From contig CAVQEQ010000002.1 of the NCBI GenBank assembly GCA_963711565.1, positions 32,001 through 96,000 on the forward strand: 64,000 bases of DNA, in the 5' to 3' direction. The translations under genes and the position numbers were made by a program. The notes under the pieces are model-generated. The model was not told the origin of the DNA, made no database searches, and was given only the letters and a program-made list of their open reading frames with translations. Shown here one piece after another: positions 59,800-64,000 of this stretch (position 1 is the stretch's first letter; each line of letters begins with the position of its first letter). This DNA is from an uncultured delta proteobacterium. Its GTDB lineage: Bacteria > Desulfobacterota > Binatia > Binatales > Binataceae.

Positions 59800-60915
59800 T
59801 TACGGTTCCCCACCCTGCTGGAACAATCGCATCAGCTCCTCGACCGTTGCCGGCGCCTTGCGCGCCGTCTCGGTTGTGTCGCGCACGTGATCGACCGACT
59901 TCATCCCGACCAGCGCCACATCCACGCCCGGCGTCGAACGTACGAACTGAACCGAGCGCTGCGCATCCGTCGCGAAACCGCTGAATGCATTCGCGACTAT
60001 TGGCGGCAACCCGCGCGATAGCTGCCCCTGCAGCAGCGACGCGCTCGCGCAAACCGCAAGCCCGAACGCCTTCGCCGCCGCCAGCGTCGTCGCCTTGCCG
60101 GCATGCACGAATTGGTTCGAGCGCGTGACCGCCTCGGGCATCGCGAGATTGTACGGCAACTGGATCGCGCGAAAATGATGCGCGTCGCCGGCGACCTCGC
60201 GCGCGATTCTCATCAGCTCGTCGAGCGACAGCCATCCGCGCTCGGTCTGCGCCGCGCGGAAGCCGTTCCACGTCGCCGTCCCGTACACGCCGATCTTGCC
60301 GTCGGCCACCGCAGTTTCAAGGAACTCTAAAATCGTCGCGATGCGCGCCAGGAACTCTTTGCGCTCGATCGCTTCGAGCTGAGTCTCGGGATTGTGAATA
60401 TAGTAGATGTCGATCGTCTCGAGATTGAGATTCTTGCGCGACAGTTCGAGCATCGTGCCGATATACTTCGGCGTCATGCAATGCGACCCGTCGACCAAAT
60501 CGGCGGGCGCGACGATCCCCGTCTTCACGTAATGCTCTTCGAACCACGCGCGCGGACTGGCGGGCACCTCGCCGTCAAACGTGATGTAACCGCCCTTGGT
60601 CGCGACGACCACCTGCTCGCGCGCGATCTCGCCCGCCGCCACCAGCTCGCCAATCGCCGTCCCGATATTCCGTTCGCTGCGCTGGAAGCGGTAGTTCACC
60701 GCGGTATCGATCAAATTGATCCCGCCGCGGATGCTCGCCTTGATCGCCTCCTCGTAAGCGCGATCGGTCTCGTCGTCGGGCTCGCCCAGGTAGGTGCCAA
60801 TTCCGATCGATGAAACCGACACTCCGAGCGCCGGCCGGAAATTTCCCGGCAGCGTCGGAAAGCGGCTCGCGTATGCTGCGCTAGCGTCGGCGGTCGCGCG
60901 CCCTTTGAGCATCAT
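59800..60915 (-). CDS. Aldo/keto reductase
   Basis: SSIGIGTYLG, IDTAVNY, ATKGG, IYYIHNP, IQLPYN. Confidence 0.9.
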   Translation of the reverse strand: MMLKGRATADASAAYASRFPTLPGNFRPALGVSVSSIGIGTYLGEPDDETDRAYEEAIKASIRGGINLIDTAVNYRFQRSERNIGTAIGELVAAGEIAREQVVVATKGGYITFDGEVPASPRAWFEEHYVKTGIVAPADLVDGSHCMTPKYIGTMLELSRKNLNLETIDIYYIHNPETQLEAIERKEFLARIATILEFLETAVADGKIGVYGTATWNGFRAAQTERGWLSLDELMRIAREVAGDAHHFRAIQLPYNLAMPEAVTRSNQFVHAGKATTLAAAKAFGLAVCASASLLQGQLSRGLPPIVANAFSGFATDAQRSVQFVRSTPGVDVALVGMKSVDHVRDTTETARKAPATVEELMRLFQQGGEP

Positions 60916-60935
60916 GCAGTGTCTCCCATGAATTG

Positions 60936-61328
60936 TTACGACGAAAAAGATTGCGGACTGATCGTCGGTTCGTAGAGCGCCTGGATCACGTTGCCGTCCG
61001 GATCGCGAATATAGAACGACACCGAGCCGTCGCGATGATGCTTGAGTTCGTGCACGATCTCGACGCCGATGCTCTTCGCCCAGGCGTACCCAGCCTCAAC
61101 ATCGGCGATCGTCGGCACGATAAACCCGAGATGGTCCAGGCGCTGCGCGTCGCCGCCGTGATCGCCGCGATGCAGTGCGACGTTGTCGCATCCCGAGCTC
61201 AGGTATGCGTTGTCCGCGTCGGGCTGCCACACCAGCTTCATCCCGAACACGCGAACGTAGAAATCCTTCGCGCGCTCAACGTCGGAAACCTTGAGCGCCA
61301 GATGACGCATGCCGCGATTTTTGATCAA
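60936..61328 (-). CDS. VOC/glyoxalase family protein
   Basis: HLALKVSD...FY..VFG, DHLGF, FYIRDPDGN. Confidence 0.88.
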   Translation of the reverse strand: MIKNRGMRHLALKVSDVERAKDFYVRVFGMKLVWQPDADNAYLSSGCDNVALHRGDHGGDAQRLDHLGFIVPTIADVEAGYAWAKSIGVEIVHELKHHRDGSVSFYIRDPDGNVIQALYEPTISPQSFSS

Positions 61329-61966
61329 CTCTTTGCCTCGCGCGTCTTGTAACCCACCACCGCCCAAATCGGATCCGACGGCGGCGCGGTCGGCGCGCTG
61401 CGATCGATGAAATCTATATTCTCAAACGCGCCGCACTCCATAAAGTAGCTGCCGACCAGCTTGCCGTGGTCGTAGTCGTCGAGACTTTGCCAAATCGCGA
61501 CCGCCTTCGTCGGGAACATCCGGTTCGAGAACGTTGCGACGAACGGCGCGCCCGGCTTGAGCACCCGCCCGACTTCCGCGAACGTTTCGAGTGGCCGCGT
61601 CATATATTGCACCGAGACCGTCACCACCGCGCCGTCGAATTCGTCGGCGGCGAACGGCAGCCTCGGCTCGCGATTCAGATTGTGGATGACGACCTCGGTG
61701 AGCGCCGGATTATTTTCCATCTCCGCGCGATTCATCCCCAGCCCAACGACTCGCGACGGCCTGATGTGCGCCGGCAGATGCGACCGCCAACTGCTCATCA
61801 GGTCGAGGATCGCGCCGCCTTGCGGCAGCAGTTGCGCGTAAATCTCGCCGACCTTCGCGATTGCGCCGTCGTCGATATGAGTGACGAGCCGCGGGACCGA
61901 GTAAAATACCTCATCATCGTCGTCATCGACGCGCCTGAAGAAATCGGCGGGAAGTTGTCTCGGCAT
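61325..61966 (-). CDS. Methyltransferase type 11-like protein
   Basis: FYSVPRLVTHIDD, LDLMSSW.SHLP, FSNRMFPTKA. Confidence 0.88.
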   Translation of the reverse strand: MPRQLPADFFRRVDDDDDEVFYSVPRLVTHIDDGAIAKVGEIYAQLLPQGGAILDLMSSWRSHLPAHIRPSRVVGLGMNRAEMENNPALTEVVIHNLNREPRLPFAADEFDGAVVTVSVQYMTRPLETFAEVGRVLKPGAPFVATFSNRMFPTKAVAIWQSLDDYDHGKLVGSYFMECGAFENIDFIDRSAPTAPPSDPIWAVVGYKTREAKS

Positions 61967-62061
61967 GGCTGAAATCCTGTTTTGGAGCCCTGTTGATAGG
62001 TTGAATTTATCGTTCAAAATTAGCTATTTATCGCAATTCTACGAAATCTTACGGAGCATCG

Positions 62062-62104
62062 TTGACAGACTTCGATTAGGTCACTTAAAGTAAAACACTT
62101 TTAC
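62062..62104 (+). promoter_or_regulatory. Putative promoter plus palindrome upstream of the IclR gene
   Basis: TTGACA (62062), TAAAGT (62086), and GTAAAA-CAC-TTTTAC (62090-62104). Confidence 0.45.
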
Positions 62105-62164
62105 ATACTGCGCTGCAGCTCTCGTACTTCGAGTCGCCGCGTAGATACTGAAAAAACTGAAAAA

Positions 62165-62947
62165 ATGGTCCGACGCGATAAAACCAACTACGTAATTCAA
62201 TCCGTCGCGCATGCGCTCGACGTGCTCGAACAGTTCTTCGGCGACGTCGATGAACTCGGCGTTACGGAACTTTCCAAGCGGCTCAAGCTGCATAAGAACA
62301 ACGTCTTCCGATTGCTCGCGACCCTCGAAGCGCGCGGTTACATCGAACAAAATAAGGCCACCGAGAATTATCGCCTCGGCATCAAGTGCCTGCACCTCGG
62401 TCGCCGTTACATCCATCATATGGGCCTCGTGAGGCAAGCGCGCCCGATCCTCGCCGATGTGGCAAAGAAATGCCGCGAAAGCGCGTACGTCGCAATCGTG
62501 CGGCGCGACGGCGTCGTCCCGCTCGAAGCCGCCGAGGCCGAAGATCGCGCCGTGCGCATCACCCCGCCCATCGGAATCACGCTGCCGCTCCATTGTACCG
62601 CGGCCGGCAAGGCGCATCTCGCCTTCGACGCCGAGGAGCAGCTCAAATCCGCCCTACCCGAGTCGCTGAAGCGTTATACGGATCGGACGATCGTCGATCG
62701 CGCAATCCTGCTCGCGCAGCTCGAAGCAGTCGCGCGCGACGGCTACGCCGTCAACTCGGGCGAGTTCATCGAAGAAGTCTCATCGGTCGCAGTCCCGATT
62801 CGCGACTACACCCGCTCAGTCGTCGGCTCAGTCGCAGTCGCGGGCCCAAGTTATCGTATCGGCCCCGAACGCATCACCGCCGAAATCGCCCCAAGCCTCC
62901 TCGAAGCCAGCCGCGAACTCTCCCACCGCCTCGGCTACAACGAGTAA
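62165..62947 (+). CDS. IclR-family transcriptional regulator
   Basis: QSVAHALDVLE..LGVTELS..LHKNNVFRLL; HCTAAGKA; VAVPIRD. Confidence 0.93.
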   Translation: MVRRDKTNYVIQSVAHALDVLEQFFGDVDELGVTELSKRLKLHKNNVFRLLATLEARGYIEQNKATENYRLGIKCLHLGRRYIHHMGLVRQARPILADVAKKCRESAYVAIVRRDGVVPLEAAEAEDRAVRITPPIGITLPLHCTAAGKAHLAFDAEEQLKSALPESLKRYTDRTIVDRAILLAQLEAVARDGYAVNSGEFIEEVSSVAVPIRDYTRSVVGSVAVAGPSYRIGPERITAEIAPSLLEASRELSHRLGYNE

Positions 62948-62953
62948 TCAAAT

Positions 62954-63016
62954 GTGAAACCCGCCGTGGGTTTCACGCTTCCCTGGGCAGGGGTGACCCC
63001 TGCACCCAGTGTTAAG
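62954..63016 (+). repeat. Dispersed two-hairpin intergenic repeat, copy 4
   Basis: GTGAAACCCGCCGTGGGTTTCACGCTTCCCTGGGCAGGGGTGACCCCTGCACCCAGTGTTAAG. Confidence 0.88.
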
Positions 63017-63068
63017 GAAGATGCGGAACTCCGTCCCTCTTAGAACTCTTTTGTGTGTGATTCTGACT

Positions 63069-63152
63069 TGTGTCATTCAGAGCGAAAGTTGCTGTAGCGA
63101 AGAATCCCGGCTCTTCGTCTTTGTGTCATTCTAGAGCGAAGCGAAGAATCCC
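63069..63152 (+). repeat. Tandem degenerate GTCATTC..GAGCGAA..GCGAAGAATCCC elements
   Basis: Copies at ~63069-63108 and ~63122-63152. Confidence 0.7.
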
Positions 63153-63166
63153 GATTCCTGAATTTG

Positions 63167-63219
63167 CCTCGCCCGTTGAGGGGAGAGGCCGCCGCGCGTC
63201 CGCGCGCGTCGGGTGAGGG
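63167..63219. repeat. REP-like double hairpin
   Basis: CCTCGCCC..GGGGAGAGG..GGGTGAGG; resembles 30722-30775. Confidence 0.55.
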
Positions 63220-63297
63220 ACCGAATTCGCAGAGATTGGAATGTACGCTGCGTTTCTAACGCGTGCTCGGGAGAACCTTGACCTACTACGAGCCCGC

Positions 63298-63501
63298 TCA
63301 AGTCTCGCCTCTTTCGGGCAAAATTGAAGCGAGATCGTCCTCTATGTCCAATCCGTGTTGAGCGGCAAGCGTCGCAATGTGTACTCCAAAAATCCCGCGC
63401 ATCTCTCCAAGCGCGATCTCAGCCTCGGGCGGATTCCAAGAGACCCCGAATACGGGACTGCTTATTCCCGTGAGTCTGGTCAGCACTTCCTTGAACTTCA
63501 T
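63298..63501 (-). pseudogene. Internally deleted hypothetical protein (DUF6650-like)
   Basis: N-terminal MKFKEVLTRLTGISSPVFGVSWNPPEAE is joined directly to C-terminal ALGEMRGIFGVHIA...DIEDDLASILP. Family recognition is from memory. Confidence 0.5.
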
Positions 63502-63958
63502 CAGTTCCCTTCCACACGGCGTAAAGAAGCGTAGTCCTCGCGAGCCAAATCATTCACGGGCGCCCAGCAGTATCGAGTCGTTTCGCTAGCATGCTCAAAA
63601 ACGGTCATCGTAGGCTGCCTGGCAGTCCCAGAACTCGGAGAAGAGAGTCTGGCAGCGGGTCAACTTCTCGATTCCGCGATCGATTTCCTCTTCTGAATCG
63701 AAACGCTTGATTTCCGCGAAGGAGGGCTGTGTTTGTTTGACTGATTTAGGCATCTTAGTACCCTCGGTACGTCACACGGAGACGATAACATCGGCTACAA
63801 CGAATAGGCAGGCTTTGCGCGGCGACCCCTCCATTAGTATGGTTTGACTGGCTGATGGTCCACTGTTAGAAAATTTGCGTTTGTCGGCTCTATTCCCTGG
63901 GCAACCTCATCGTTCCAGATCAATCGATGCATGAACGAATGCGTGGAGTTATAAGGCT

Positions 63959-64000
63959 TTGAAAATCCTGGTTCCAATCAAACGAGTCCCCGATCCCGCG
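63959..64000 (+). CDS. etfB: ETF beta subunit (5' fragment at window edge)
   Basis: TTG start, (M)KILVPIKRVPDPA, upstream GGAG. Confidence 0.75.
   Translation, partial: MKILVPIKRVPDPA

Overview
This is a GC-rich bacterial chromosomal window; gene content and style suggest an uncultured soil or sediment lineage such as Ca. Binatota, but that is a guess. The left 13.2 kb is the right end of a tyrosine-integrase genomic island inserted at tRNA-Thr(CGT). The 3' tRNA fragment is at 13124-13170, with integrase, excisionase and arm-type repeats beside it. Island cargo includes a TPR protein missed by the ORF track and a candidate anti-phage operon: BrnT toxin, an HTH antitoxin fused in frame to a SNF2 helicase, and a sacsin-like GHKL ATPase with an HNH-like tail. 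It also carries a sensor-less sigma-54 activator, a CGNR zinc-finger protein and a Brig1-like DNA glycosylase. The rest is mostly core metabolism: pcaCHGB, CoA-transferase, MaoC pair, BtuFCD-like ABC transporter, ETF, family-B DNA polymerase, an RpoD-type sigma factor, sulfatase, Fe-S oxidoreductase and IclR. Several families of palindromic intergenic repeats are present. A ~2.4 kb islet of three paralogous proline-punctuated helical proteins is bracketed by a duplicated promoter and start codon. Five genes carry apparent single-base insertions, most likely consensus-sequence errors. No CRISPR array, rRNA or complete tRNA was seen.
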